From: Myxococcota bacterium
GTDB taxonomy: Bacteria; Myxococcota; JACRCW01
Direction: 5' to 3'
Length of the DNA: 30,250 nt
Assembly: GCA_040752415.1 (NCBI GenBank)
Contig: JBFMGU010000128.1
Coordinates: forward strand, 1-30,250
The position numbers were made by a program, and so were the translations under genes. Numbering within the stretch: position 1 is the first letter of the stretch; each line of letters opens with the position of its first letter. Of this stretch, positions 7,899 to 16,421 are shown piece after piece. The notes under the pieces were generated by a model. That model ran no database searches. It saw only the letters and a program-made list of their open reading frames with translations, and was not told where the DNA came from.

Positions 7899-8427
7899 GC
7901 TCCACCTCCTCGAACGGCGGCGCGCGCACCAACGCGTCTTCCGCCCACACGCCCAGCTCAAGCCATTTTCCGTCGACAAGTCGGTGCACCATGAGCGTGC
8001 GCGCGTCGACGTCAATGAACCAGAGGAAGGGCAGGCCGCTACGCGCGTAGAAGGGGCGCTTCACGCTCAGGTCGTATTGGCGATTGGAGGGCGACAGAAC
8101 CTCGCAAATCCAGTCCGGAATGGTGGTGAACTTCGCGGGTAGTTCCGGCAGCCGCTCCTTTCGCCACCCCGCGACGTCGGGCGAGAACTCTGGTGAACCA
8201 GGCTGCTCAATGCCCGGCTCAAGCAGGAGCCACCATCTGCCTGGTCCGCCGGCCCCACAGTCGTAGGTGTCGAAGAGGCGCCGGTAGATGAGGCTGCCGA
8301 CACGCTTGTGTCGTGGGCTCGGTCGTGGCTGGGTGTACAGCGTGCCTTCGATGTTCTCACCCTTGATGCCGGGCGGAAGATCCTCGAGGTCACGATACGT
8401 CGCTGGCGACTTGTTCTGGGCGGCCAC
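7870..8427 (-). CDS. Uma2 family putative endonuclease (PD-(D/E)XK fold)
   Basis: ATYRDLEDLP...GENIEGTLYTQPRP, PDVAGWRKERLP, PDWICEVLSPS, PFLWFID, RAPPFEEVEL; probable GTG start at 8427. Confidence 0.92.
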   Translation of the reverse strand: MAAQNKSPATYRDLEDLPPGIKGENIEGTLYTQPRPSPRHKRVGSLIYRRLFDTYDCGAGGPGRWWLLLEPGIEQPGSPEFSPDVAGWRKERLPELPAKFTTIPDWICEVLSPSNRQYDLSVKRPFYARSGLPFLWFIDVDARTLMVHRLVDGKWLELGVWAEDALVRAPPFEEVELSLGELWTK

Positions 8428-8482
8428 GATGCGGTGATCCTGACCTGCGACCAGACATGCCGCAACCGCGTCGTGCTTGCGC

Positions 8483-10033
8483 TCAGGCGCGGGTGAGTCC
8501 ACCGGCCAGGTGCATGGCCATGGCCATCACCGTCATCTGCGGATTCACGCCCAGGCTCGAGGGGAAGATGCTTGCGTCCATGACGTAGAGGTCCTTCACG
8601 CCGTGCACGCGGCCCTCCGGGTCCACCACGCCCTGACCCGGGTCCGCGTTCATCCGGCACGTCCCCATGGGATGGCTCGCGTAGAGCTGCAGGAAGTCGG
8701 TGGCCTGCATGTCGTCGGTGAGCGCGCCAAGCGCCTCGGCCTCCGTCTTCACGAAGTCCGCGCCCTTGCGGCCAGGCAGCACCTCGCGCGCGCCCGCCGC
8801 GAAGTGCAGCTTGCACAGCCAGCGCATCCCGTGGATGCCGTTGCGACGATCGTCGTCGTGGAGCGTGTAGCGGATGCGCGCGCGCCAGCCGTCTCCCAGT
8901 CCCACCGAGCCCACGCTGCGGTCACGCAACATGCCGCCCGCGCTCCCCAGGTGGTTGGCCTGCTTCATCCGCGCCAATCCCTGCGGCCCCGCGAAGCCAA
9001 TGAGCTGGTAGTAGAGGTCCAGCGAGACGTTGAAGGTCTCCAGCAGCACGTTTGGATTGTCGGGCAGCTCGGCGAACGCGCCTTGCGGGACGCCGGACCA
9101 GGGCTTGATCTCCTCGTCATACAGCGCCACGCCCGTCACGCCAGGATGCATGCTCAGGTGCTGGCCCACGTGGCCGCTCTTCGTGCCCACGTCGCTGCGC
9201 AGCAGGATGAGCGGCGTGCCAATGCTCCCCGACGAGAGAATGGTCCTCCCCGCCGTGATGGCTGCGTTGCCCACGACGTTGTGGTTCTCATCCAGCAGAT
9301 CCACGTTCACGCCGGTGCAACGTCCCGACTCCACGCGCAGCCCCGCCACCCGTGCGCGTGGCAGCACCTCCGCCCCGGCATCCTCCGCCTGCGAGAGGAA
9401 ATTCTTGTCCACGCTCCACTTGCCGCCCGACGGACAGCCCATGTGGCAAACGCCGCAACCCGTGCAGCCGGGCGCGTTCCGACGGATGAAGCCGCGCGTC
9501 AGCCCCAGCCTCTCCGCGCCACGCAGGAACACCAGGTTGTTCTGTCGTGCAATCCCCGGGTGCGTCTCCACCACGCCAATGGTGGCCTCCACCTCGTCGT
9601 AGAGGGCCTTCATGCGCTCGGTGGTCAGCCACCTGATTCCCGCGGTCTCGCGCCATTCCGTGAGCCGCGCGTCGGGGGCGCGGAAGCAGATGCCGCTGTT
9701 GATAACCGTGGAGCCACCCACCACGCGACCCGCCGGCAGCGGCGCAATCACCGAGCCCTCGAACACCTGCAGCCCGCGGTCACGGTAGAGGTTCCGCAAG
9801 GACCACGGCATGTCCTTCCCGGTGAACTGCGGCCCGCCGTGTCGCCCGCCCTCCTCGAGAACCAGCACCTTGAGGCCTGCGCGCGCCAGTGTCCGCGCCG
9901 CCGCCGCTCCACCCGCGCCCGAGCCCGCAATGACGACGTCAACGGTGACCTGTTCACCGCGCCGCGCCTTGTCCGCCAGCTCGGTGCTGCGCGGGGTGGC
10001 GCCGGGAACCAGGATGGGAAGCCGCGCGCTCAT
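8483..10033 (-). CDS. GMC family FAD-dependent oxidoreductase
   Basis: DVVIAGSGAGG FAD motif, GRVVGGSTVINSG, Cys cluster CTGCGVCHMGC, ASHPMGTCRM, DASIFPSSLGVNPQMT. Confidence 0.95.
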   Translation of the reverse strand: MSARLPILVPGATPRSTELADKARRGEQVTVDVVIAGSGAGGAAAARTLARAGLKVLVLEEGGRHGGPQFTGKDMPWSLRNLYRDRGLQVFEGSVIAPLPAGRVVGGSTVINSGICFRAPDARLTEWRETAGIRWLTTERMKALYDEVEATIGVVETHPGIARQNNLVFLRGAERLGLTRGFIRRNAPGCTGCGVCHMGCPSGGKWSVDKNFLSQAEDAGAEVLPRARVAGLRVESGRCTGVNVDLLDENHNVVGNAAITAGRTILSSGSIGTPLILLRSDVGTKSGHVGQHLSMHPGVTGVALYDEEIKPWSGVPQGAFAELPDNPNVLLETFNVSLDLYYQLIGFAGPQGLARMKQANHLGSAGGMLRDRSVGSVGLGDGWRARIRYTLHDDDRRNGIHGMRWLCKLHFAAGAREVLPGRKGADFVKTEAEALGALTDDMQATDFLQLYASHPMGTCRMNADPGQGVVDPEGRVHGVKDLYVMDASIFPSSLGVNPQMTVMAMAMHLAGGLTRA

Positions 10034-10548
10034 CCGGGCACTCCTTCCGGGCGGGGGCGCACGTCGTCACAGCCCATTCCCCATCCCACCGCGGCCTGCA
10101 CCTTCGCGTCGCCGAAGAAGAACATGGCGCACAACACGCGCACGCCGCTGACGCCCAGACCAAACAGCCCGCCCTCGTCCTCCCAGCGACGCAGCAGCGT
10201 CACGCGCTGATCCACGGGCAGCGTCGAGAAGCCGCCCAGGCCCTCCAGGTGCGGGCGCTTCTCCAACAGCCGCATCATGAGCTTCAGCAGCATGCGCTCC
10301 CGGGGGAACATGTTGGCCGCGTAGGCGTCGGTCTTCTGCGCCACGCCCACGTCGACAGGACCAACGCCCAGCACGTCCCTGGGGAAGAGCGCGTCGGTGA
10401 TGGCCTGCAGCGTGGTGAACTCGCGCGTGCTGAACGCAAGCAGCCCCTCGCCGGGGGGCAACGGCGCCAGCATCCCCGCGCCCACCGCCAGCGCGGCCGC
10501 GCCACCACCCAGCGCGGTGCCAAGGAAGACCCTCCGGGAAAGCTTCAT
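10030..10548 (-). CDS. Tat-signal small subunit (gluconate 2-dehydrogenase subunit 3-like), partner of the GMC enzyme
   Basis: MKLSRRVFLG twin-arginine motif; FSTLPVDQRVTLLRRW; 4-nt overlap with the GMC start. Confidence 0.8.
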   Translation of the reverse strand: MKLSRRVFLGTALGGGAAALAVGAGMLAPLPPGEGLLAFSTREFTTLQAITDALFPRDVLGVGPVDVGVAQKTDAYAANMFPRERMLLKLMMRLLEKRPHLEGLGGFSTLPVDQRVTLLRRWEDEGGLFGLGVSGVRVLCAMFFFGDAKVQAAVGWGMGCDDVRPRPEGVPG

Positions 10549-10638
10549 GCGCGCGTCATCTCTTCCGCCCACGGTGGGGCGTGCTACGCATACACCACAA
10601 GTGCCGGGGGCCGCGCCTTCCCCCCGCAGGAGTCATCC

Positions 10639-11145
10639 ATGCTCGAGCTCTACAACTTCATGGAATCCAACCATGACGGCCTGGTGAGCAACCTGCTCGG
10701 CAAGGTCCCCAAGGAAGTTCCCGCCTACAGCCGCCTGCCGCGCAATGAGCTCAAGCAGTCCATCGAGCACCTGCTGGAGGCCTACACCGACCTCCTCGTC
10801 ACGGGTCAGGACGAGGGGCTGCGCGCGTTCTTCAAGTACATTGCCAAGGTGCGCTCCGCGCAGAGCTTCAAGCTCTCCGACGTCATGCGCGCGCTCCTGT
10901 GCTTCCCACCCGTCATCCGCCGCATGCTCCAGGATGAGTACCGCGACAAGGATGGCGACGGACTGGCCGGCTTCAACAAGGCCATGGAGAAGATTGAATC
11001 CACCTGCTTCCAGAGCGCCTGCACCTTCGTGGACATCTTCCAGGAGTACCTGGACAGCCGCATCAAGGAGCACAACGACTATCTCAACGAGAAGAACAAG
11101 CAGCTGGGCGTGGACCTCAGCAAGTTCATCCTGTTCCGCGGCTGA
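10639..11145 (+). CDS. Standalone all-helical cytoplasmic protein, RsbRD N-terminal (globin-like sensor)-like
   Basis: SD AGGAG before ATG 10639; strongly biased codons; VPAYSRLP..EL and IAKVRSAQSFKLSDVMRAL resemble the RsbRD_N pattern. CDS is confident, the family call less so. Confidence 0.7.
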   Translation: MLELYNFMESNHDGLVSNLLGKVPKEVPAYSRLPRNELKQSIEHLLEAYTDLLVTGQDEGLRAFFKYIAKVRSAQSFKLSDVMRALLCFPPVIRRMLQDEYRDKDGDGLAGFNKAMEKIESTCFQSACTFVDIFQEYLDSRIKEHNDYLNEKNKQLGVDLSKFILFRG

Positions 11146-11204
11146 TCCCGGGATCCGGGAACCCCGGCGGACGCCCATCCTCGGCGCCCCCGGCCACCGC
11201 CAAG

Positions 11205-11221
11205 TTGAAAACGCCTTTCAA
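11205..11221. promoter_or_regulatory. Fur-like operator (distal)
   Basis: TTGAAAACGCCTTTCAA, an imperfect 17-bp palindrome matching the WTGAAAATNATTTTCAW-type Fur box recalled for deltaproteobacteria; AT-rich in a roughly 70% GC background. Confidence 0.65.
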
Positions 11222-11315
11222 TTTCGCTGACCGCACGCGCGCTTGCGACGCGGCGACGAATTCCTTGCGCCGACGCACTTTTGTCGCGATCCGCACCGGC
11301 GCGGCCGGAGCGATT

Positions 11316-11351
11316 TTGATATTGACTTTCAATTTCAGGACGGCCTAGGTT
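11316..11351 (+). promoter_or_regulatory. Overlapping Fur-like boxes covering the -35 of a putative sigma70 promoter
   Basis: TTGATATTGACTTTCAA (11316-11332) with a second box offset by 6 bp; TTGACT (11322)-18 nt-TAGGTT (11346). Confidence 0.7.
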
Positions 11352-11402
11352 GGCACCCTGTGGTCAGGTGTCCCACGGCGGTGGGCGCGGGAGGAGGTTC
11401 CG

Positions 11403-12080
11403 GTGAGCAGCGGGTGGTTGTTGGCGCACGGACTGGCCCTGGTGCTGGCGGGGACGGATGCCCTGCCGGTGCAGCAGGCGGCGGCCTCGTCCGTGGTGTC
11501 GCAGCGTTCCGTGAGGGCGGCGGTGGGCGCGCTGGAAGTGGTGACGCGGCAGCCGGGGCTCCCGGTCCTCGTCGACGGTGACCTGCGTGGTCGGACGCCG
11601 GTGCGCGTGGATGGGCTCTCTCCGGGGCTGCACCGTGTGCAGGTGGGTCGTCAGGGCGCGGACATGGTGATCCAGGAGGTGCTCATCCAGCAGGGCACCA
11701 CCGTGAAGCTGGAGCCGGCCCTGGCTTCCGTCGTCACCGCGCCCGTGACGGCGCCGGTGCGCACGGGGTTGGACGCGCTCCCCGGGAAGGCCACGTTGTT
11801 GTCCATGGCCACCCAGCCGTGGGCCTACGCGTCGGCCGCGCTGTGCGGCGTCTCCTTGTTGGGCGCGGGGATCCTCTGGACCTCCACGCCGCAGAAGATG
11901 CCGGTTCTGGGGCGTCCGCCCGTCGAGCTGAACAACCTGCAGTTCCAGGCGCTGCGCTGGGGCGCGCTGGGGCTGGTGGCTACCTCCGCCGCCGCCACCG
12001 TGGTGCTCTTCATCCTCCCCGCGTTGCCCATCCTGCGTGACAGCGCGGACCAGGGCGGCGCAGCCAACTCCAACCGTTGA
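11403..12080 (+). CDS. PEGA domain protein with signal peptide and two C-terminal hydrophobic segments
   Basis: SD GGAGGAGG, GTG start; GALEVVTRQPGLPVLVDGDLRGRTPVRVDGLSPGLHRVQV is a PEGA signature. Confidence 0.85.
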   Translation: MSSGWLLAHGLALVLAGTDALPVQQAAASSVVSQRSVRAAVGALEVVTRQPGLPVLVDGDLRGRTPVRVDGLSPGLHRVQVGRQGADMVIQEVLIQQGTTVKLEPALASVVTAPVTAPVRTGLDALPGKATLLSMATQPWAYASAALCGVSLLGAGILWTSTPQKMPVLGRPPVELNNLQFQALRWGALGLVATSAAATVVLFILPALPILRDSADQGGAANSNR

Positions 12081-12101
12081 TCTTCAACCAGGGTTCCTGC
12101 C

Positions 12102-14888
12102 GTGAGACGCCTACTCCTGGTGATGGCCTTGCTGTCGTCGGGAACGGCACATGCGCAAGCGGACGGCGGTGTCACCGCGCCCTCCGTCAAGCCGCCACGC
12201 CTGGTCTTCCAGCCCCGCGCCGACTTCCCGCTGCAAGCGCTCCGCGGTGAGCCGGCACGCACGTGCACGTTGCGCGTGACCGTCGACGAGGCGGGCGAGG
12301 TCGCTCGCGTGGAGGTGGTGGACACCGCCGGCGAGGAGCTGGACTGGGTGGCCATGGGCGCGGTGGCGTCCAGCGAGTTCGAGCCCGCCGAGGTGGACGG
12401 GGTTGCCACGCCCGTGCAGGTGGACCTCAAGCAGACGTTCACCGCCGGCGCGGCGCAGGTTCCCGACGCGGGAGTGCCGCCACCCGTCGAGGAAGTGGAC
12501 GCCGGACCCGCGTGGGCGCAGACCCCGCTGCCGCCGCCGTTCAGCGTGCAGGAGATGGCCTCCTTCTCGGGTGTCGTCGTGGACATGCAGTCCCGTCAGC
12601 CCCTTGGCGACGTGGAGGTCTACGTCCGGGTCTCCGAGGAGGAACCCATGGTGACCACCACCGACGAGCAGGGACGCTTCAGCCTCTCCCTGGTGCCGGC
12701 GGGCAGCTACCTGGTGGCGCTCACCGCAACCGGCTACGAGCAGTTCTCCACGACGGAAACCTTCCAGGCCGGCGAGCAGGTCCAGGCCACCTATGAGCTG
12801 CGCGCGCTGCGGGCCACGGCGTTCGAGACGGTGGTGCGCGACACCATCCGCCGCGTGAGCAAGGTGTCCATGGTGGTGGGCTCGGTCAGCCGCGTCGACG
12901 AGAAGGACCTGGTGGCCATGGCGCCGCAGAGCGGCAATGAGGTGCTGCGCACGGTGCCGGGCGTGATTGTCGTCGAGGAGGAGGGCGTGGGGTTGCGGCC
13001 CAACATCGCCTTCCGCGGGCTCAATCCCAACCGCAGCTCCAAGATCCTCGTGCTGGAAGACGGCGCGCCGGTCTCGCTCAATCCCTACGGTCGCCCCGAG
13101 GCGTATTACACGCCACCCATTGAGCGCATGGCCGGTCTCGAGGTGGCCAAGGGCAGCGACTCCATCCTGCATGGCCCGCAGACCATCGGCGGCGTGCTCA
13201 ACTACATCACCGCCGACCCGCCGCAGAAGCTCACCGTCATCAGCGACGCACGCCTGGGCACCTACGGCTACTGGCTCGGCCACTTCGCCATTGGCAACAC
13301 GCACGGGCCGGTGGGGTACCGCCTCGACGTCGTGCACCGGCGCTTCGTGGGGCCGCGTCACCTGGATCTCCAGCTCGTCGACGTGGCCGGCAAGGTGCGC
13401 GTGGCCTGGACTCCCGCCGCGGTCAGCACCTTCAAGCTCAACGTCTACGACGAGGATTCCGCCGCCACCTACCTGGGCCTCACCACGCCGCTGTACGAGG
13501 CCAACCCGTATGCCAGCCCCGCCATCCACGACCGCTACCTGATCCGTCGCTACAGCGGCGCCATCAACCACGACCACGCGCTCAACCGCTACGTGCGCAT
13601 CCAGGGGCTCCTGTACGGGAACAACATCGACCGACGCTGGTCGCGGCAGGACTACGACCGCGTGGACCGTGGCACCGCGTATGAGCGCATTGTCACCGCG
13701 CCGGGGCGCGAGCCCGACGACGACGGGGGCACGCTGTACTTCAAGGACAACCTGGTGCACCGCAACCGCGAGTACTGGGTGGCGGGCGTGGAGCCGCGGC
13801 TTATCCTGCGCATCCCGCTGCGCTACGTGGAGAGCGAGATCATCAGCGGCATCCGCCTGCACTACGAGCGCGCGCGGGAGGTGCGCCAGGAATCACCGCT
13901 GGGCTTCCGCTCCGGCGAGGTGATGGACGACGAGGACCGCACCGGCGTGGCGGTGGCCCTGTTCGCGCAATACCGCCTCACGCTCTTTGACACGCTGCGC
14001 ATCACGCCCGGTTTGCGGGTGGAGAACTTCTGGGCGCGTCGTCACATCCTGCGACAGCGGGTGCCCGCGGGTGGCACGTTCACCGGTCAGGACGTCGACG
14101 TGGCGAACAACAGCTACGTCTACGGCATCATCCCCGGGCTGGGTGTGGCGTACTCGCTGCTCGAGGGGCTGATGTTCTACGCGGGCGTGCACCGCGGGTT
14201 TGCGCCGCCGCGCAGCGCGGATGCCATTTCCCCGTCGGGGGAGGACCTCAAGCTGGAAGCGGAGCTGAGCTGGAACCTGGAGGCGGGAACGCGCCTGGCG
14301 CTGGGAGATTGGCTGCGCGCGGAGGGTGGCGTCTTCCTCATTGACTTCGAGAACCAGATCATCGCGCCCACGGAATCTGGCGGCGCCACGACGAGACGGC
14401 TGGAGAACTCGGGACGCAGTCGCCACACGGGACTCGAGGCCACGGTGACGTGGGACCTGGCGCGCCTGACGGGCTGGAAGTTCGAGCTGCCCTACAGCAT
14501 CAGCTACACGCTGGTGGAGGCGCGCTTCACCGCCGGCCCGTACGACGGAAACCGCGTGCCGTACGCGCCCCAGCACGTGGTCAGCTCCAACATCCGCTTC
14601 GTGCACCCGCTGGGCTTCAACATGCAGCTCACCGGCACGTACCTGAGCCCGCAGTACACTGACCCGGAGAACACCAAGGTCATCTCCGCCGACGGGACCA
14701 CGGGGCCCATTGGACGTCAGCTCATCGTCGACGGGCGCGTGGCCTACACGTTCGCGCCGCTGGGGCTCACCGGGTACGTGAGCGGGAAGAACCTGTTGGA
14801 CCAGAAGTACATCGCCTCGCGGGTGCCGGCCGGCGTGCAGCCGGGACCGCCGCGGCAGTTCATTGTGGGAGTCCGTGGAGAAATCTGA
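12102..14888 (+). CDS. TonB-dependent receptor, FecA-like plug/barrel, with N-terminal TonB_C-like and carboxypeptidase-regulatory-like domains
   Basis: Signal peptide ending AHAQA; KPPRL...LRVTVDEAGEV...FEPAEVDGVATPV (TonB_C); SGVVVD...TTTDEQGRFSLSLVPAGSY; plug EVLRTVPGV..EEEGVGLRPNIAFRGLNPNRSSKILVLEDG; terminal KNLLDQKYIASRVPAGVQPGPPRQFIVGVRGEI. Confidence 0.95.
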   Translation: MRRLLLVMALLSSGTAHAQADGGVTAPSVKPPRLVFQPRADFPLQALRGEPARTCTLRVTVDEAGEVARVEVVDTAGEELDWVAMGAVASSEFEPAEVDGVATPVQVDLKQTFTAGAAQVPDAGVPPPVEEVDAGPAWAQTPLPPPFSVQEMASFSGVVVDMQSRQPLGDVEVYVRVSEEEPMVTTTDEQGRFSLSLVPAGSYLVALTATGYEQFSTTETFQAGEQVQATYELRALRATAFETVVRDTIRRVSKVSMVVGSVSRVDEKDLVAMAPQSGNEVLRTVPGVIVVEEEGVGLRPNIAFRGLNPNRSSKILVLEDGAPVSLNPYGRPEAYYTPPIERMAGLEVAKGSDSILHGPQTIGGVLNYITADPPQKLTVISDARLGTYGYWLGHFAIGNTHGPVGYRLDVVHRRFVGPRHLDLQLVDVAGKVRVAWTPAAVSTFKLNVYDEDSAATYLGLTTPLYEANPYASPAIHDRYLIRRYSGAINHDHALNRYVRIQGLLYGNNIDRRWSRQDYDRVDRGTAYERIVTAPGREPDDDGGTLYFKDNLVHRNREYWVAGVEPRLILRIPLRYVESEIISGIRLHYERAREVRQESPLGFRSGEVMDDEDRTGVAVALFAQYRLTLFDTLRITPGLRVENFWARRHILRQRVPAGGTFTGQDVDVANNSYVYGIIPGLGVAYSLLEGLMFYAGVHRGFAPPRSADAISPSGEDLKLEAELSWNLEAGTRLALGDWLRAEGGVFLIDFENQIIAPTESGGATTRRLENSGRSRHTGLEATVTWDLARLTGWKFELPYSISYTLVEARFTAGPYDGNRVPYAPQHVVSSNIRFVHPLGFNMQLTGTYLSPQYTDPENTKVISADGTTGPIGRQLIVDGRVAYTFAPLGLTGYVSGKNLLDQKYIASRVPAGVQPGPPRQFIVGVRGEI

Positions 14889-16421
14889 ATGCGCATGCAA
14901 CGGATGACATTCACGCTGTTGTCGACGGTGCTGGCCTGGGGCCATCCCGCTGTCGCCGCGGCTGTCGAGAAGAGCACGCGTTCCACCCCCATTCCCTCCG
15001 CGCAGGAGCTCGCGGAGAACGTGGACCTGCTGGGCGGCGCGGTGGAAACGGAGCTGATTTTCCAGGAGGTCTCCGGCGGGCGTCCCTCCGTCGTCAACGG
15101 CGCGGTTTCCGACGGAGCGGCGGACCTCATGATTCGCGTGGAGCTGCGCACGCGTGTGGACGGTGTGATGGGCATGCTGAAGGCGGGCGAGACCGTTCCC
15201 TACCAGCGCGTGCGCGTCACCATCGAGAATCTCACCACCACCGACGTCGACAAGACCCTCACCGTGGAGCTGCCGCCGCAGGTCACGCGTGCGCACGGGT
15301 GGAGCTACGCCAGCAACATCCTGCTGCCTCCCCAGCAAGGCACCACCAATCCGTTCGAGGACCAGTACCGCATCACCGTCACCGTCCAGCCGCGCGAGAC
15401 CATGGTCCTGCACGACGACGCCACGCCGCCGAGTCCGCTCTGGCGCAGTGCATCACCCCTGACCGCCATCGACGAGGACACGGTGAGCTTCGCGGGCGTG
15501 ACGGCGCTGCCGGCGGGGAATGTCGACGAGGCCACGGCGCGGACCACCGCGTTCACCAGCGCCAAGGGCCTGCTCTCCACCGACGTCGCCGGGGCGCGCA
15601 CCGTCTTCACCACCACGCTGCAGCCCTGGATGCTGGGGCTCGAAGACGCCACGCTCTACGCGGCCTCGCACGGTCTGACCACGGAAGTGCTGGCCGACCT
15701 CGAGGACAATCCGCGTCTGGCGCTGGAGCAGCAGACCGTGCGCGGCGACTGCAACCGCGACGGAATCCAGGGTGCCGAGTGCCAGCAATGGGCGGACAAG
15801 GGCATGCAGCGCGGATTCGTGATGGCGGTGCTGGCGCACATGGATGCTGCGTTGCAGCGTGTTGACGACGGGGATCTCTCCCTGACGGCGGGCGCCGCCC
15901 ACGAGTGGGACCTGGCGTGGGGATACTTCCAGGCGGTCCGCTCCACCGCGGTGAGCCGGGAGACCAACTGTCTCACTGGCCCTCCCGCGGAGCTGACGCT
16001 GCAGGATTGTGCGATGGTGGCCGCGCTGGATGACGCCTTTGTCGACGGCATGAACGCCATCCTCCTCGACGACGGGAACGGGCTGGGCGGGTTTGCGCGC
16101 ACCGTCGAGACGCGGCTGGTGAAGGTCTACTACTACGCCACCACGCGCTACCTGATGAAGATGCTGAAGGCGGTGGCTGACGTCGTCACCTATAACAGCG
16201 CGCGCGCTGAGGGCCGTGCCTTCTCGACGAGCATTGCCCACACGCTCCCGGCCGCGGACCGCACCGCGGTGGACCAGGCCTTCGCCGTGCGTGACCCGGC
16301 GAGCTTCAATGCCGCCGTCGCTGTCGACGTGGTGAGCCGGCTCAACAACGCGCTGGAGGGCACGCACCTGGGTGCCGCCGAGCTGTTGGATCCCCAGGAC
16401 ATGACGGAGGTGGTGCCATGA
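14889..16421 (+). CDS. Exported fusion protein: P19/Tp34 (Iron_transport)-like N-terminal domain plus FEA1/DUF4856-like helical domain
   Basis: Signal peptide; GETVPYQRVRVTIEN...YASNILLP...YRITVTVQP..VLHDD (P19-like); QWADKG...HEWDLAWGYF...RY...RAEGRAF (FEA1/DUF4856-like). Starts at the base after the receptor stop. Confidence 0.7.
   Translation: MRMQRMTFTLLSTVLAWGHPAVAAAVEKSTRSTPIPSAQELAENVDLLGGAVETELIFQEVSGGRPSVVNGAVSDGAADLMIRVELRTRVDGVMGMLKAGETVPYQRVRVTIENLTTTDVDKTLTVELPPQVTRAHGWSYASNILLPPQQGTTNPFEDQYRITVTVQPRETMVLHDDATPPSPLWRSASPLTAIDEDTVSFAGVTALPAGNVDEATARTTAFTSAKGLLSTDVAGARTVFTTTLQPWMLGLEDATLYAASHGLTTEVLADLEDNPRLALEQQTVRGDCNRDGIQGAECQQWADKGMQRGFVMAVLAHMDAALQRVDDGDLSLTAGAAHEWDLAWGYFQAVRSTAVSRETNCLTGPPAELTLQDCAMVAALDDAFVDGMNAILLDDGNGLGGFARTVETRLVKVYYYATTRYLMKMLKAVADVVTYNSARAEGRAFSTSIAHTLPAADRTAVDQAFAVRDPASFNAAVAVDVVSRLNNALEGTHLGAAELLDPQDMTEVVP

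Noticed and set aside
7870..8427. Uma2 as part of a defence or toxin-antitoxin system
   Set aside because: No partner gene, methylase or defence-island context; solo Uma2 genes are abundant in myxobacteria.
11144..11165. Palindrome GATCCCGGGATC as a terminator or REP element
   Set aside because: Single copy, no U-tract, plausible by chance at this GC content.
11146..11402. Cobalamin or TPP riboswitch upstream of the receptor operon
   Set aside because: No B12 box or TPP core motif recognised; Fur-like boxes explain the region better.
12111..13862. Long opposite-strand ORFs (also 300-1508, 1872-3281, 8477-10210, 13893-15413, 20185-21729, 26053-28122, 28184-29797)
   Set aside because: Shadow ORFs of well-supported genes, expected in high-GC DNA; no family motifs or ribosome binding sites.
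12102..14888. Assigning the gene symbol fecA
   Set aside because: The plug is FecA-like, but there is no fecIR or fecBCDE and the N-terminal domains differ; substrate not established.
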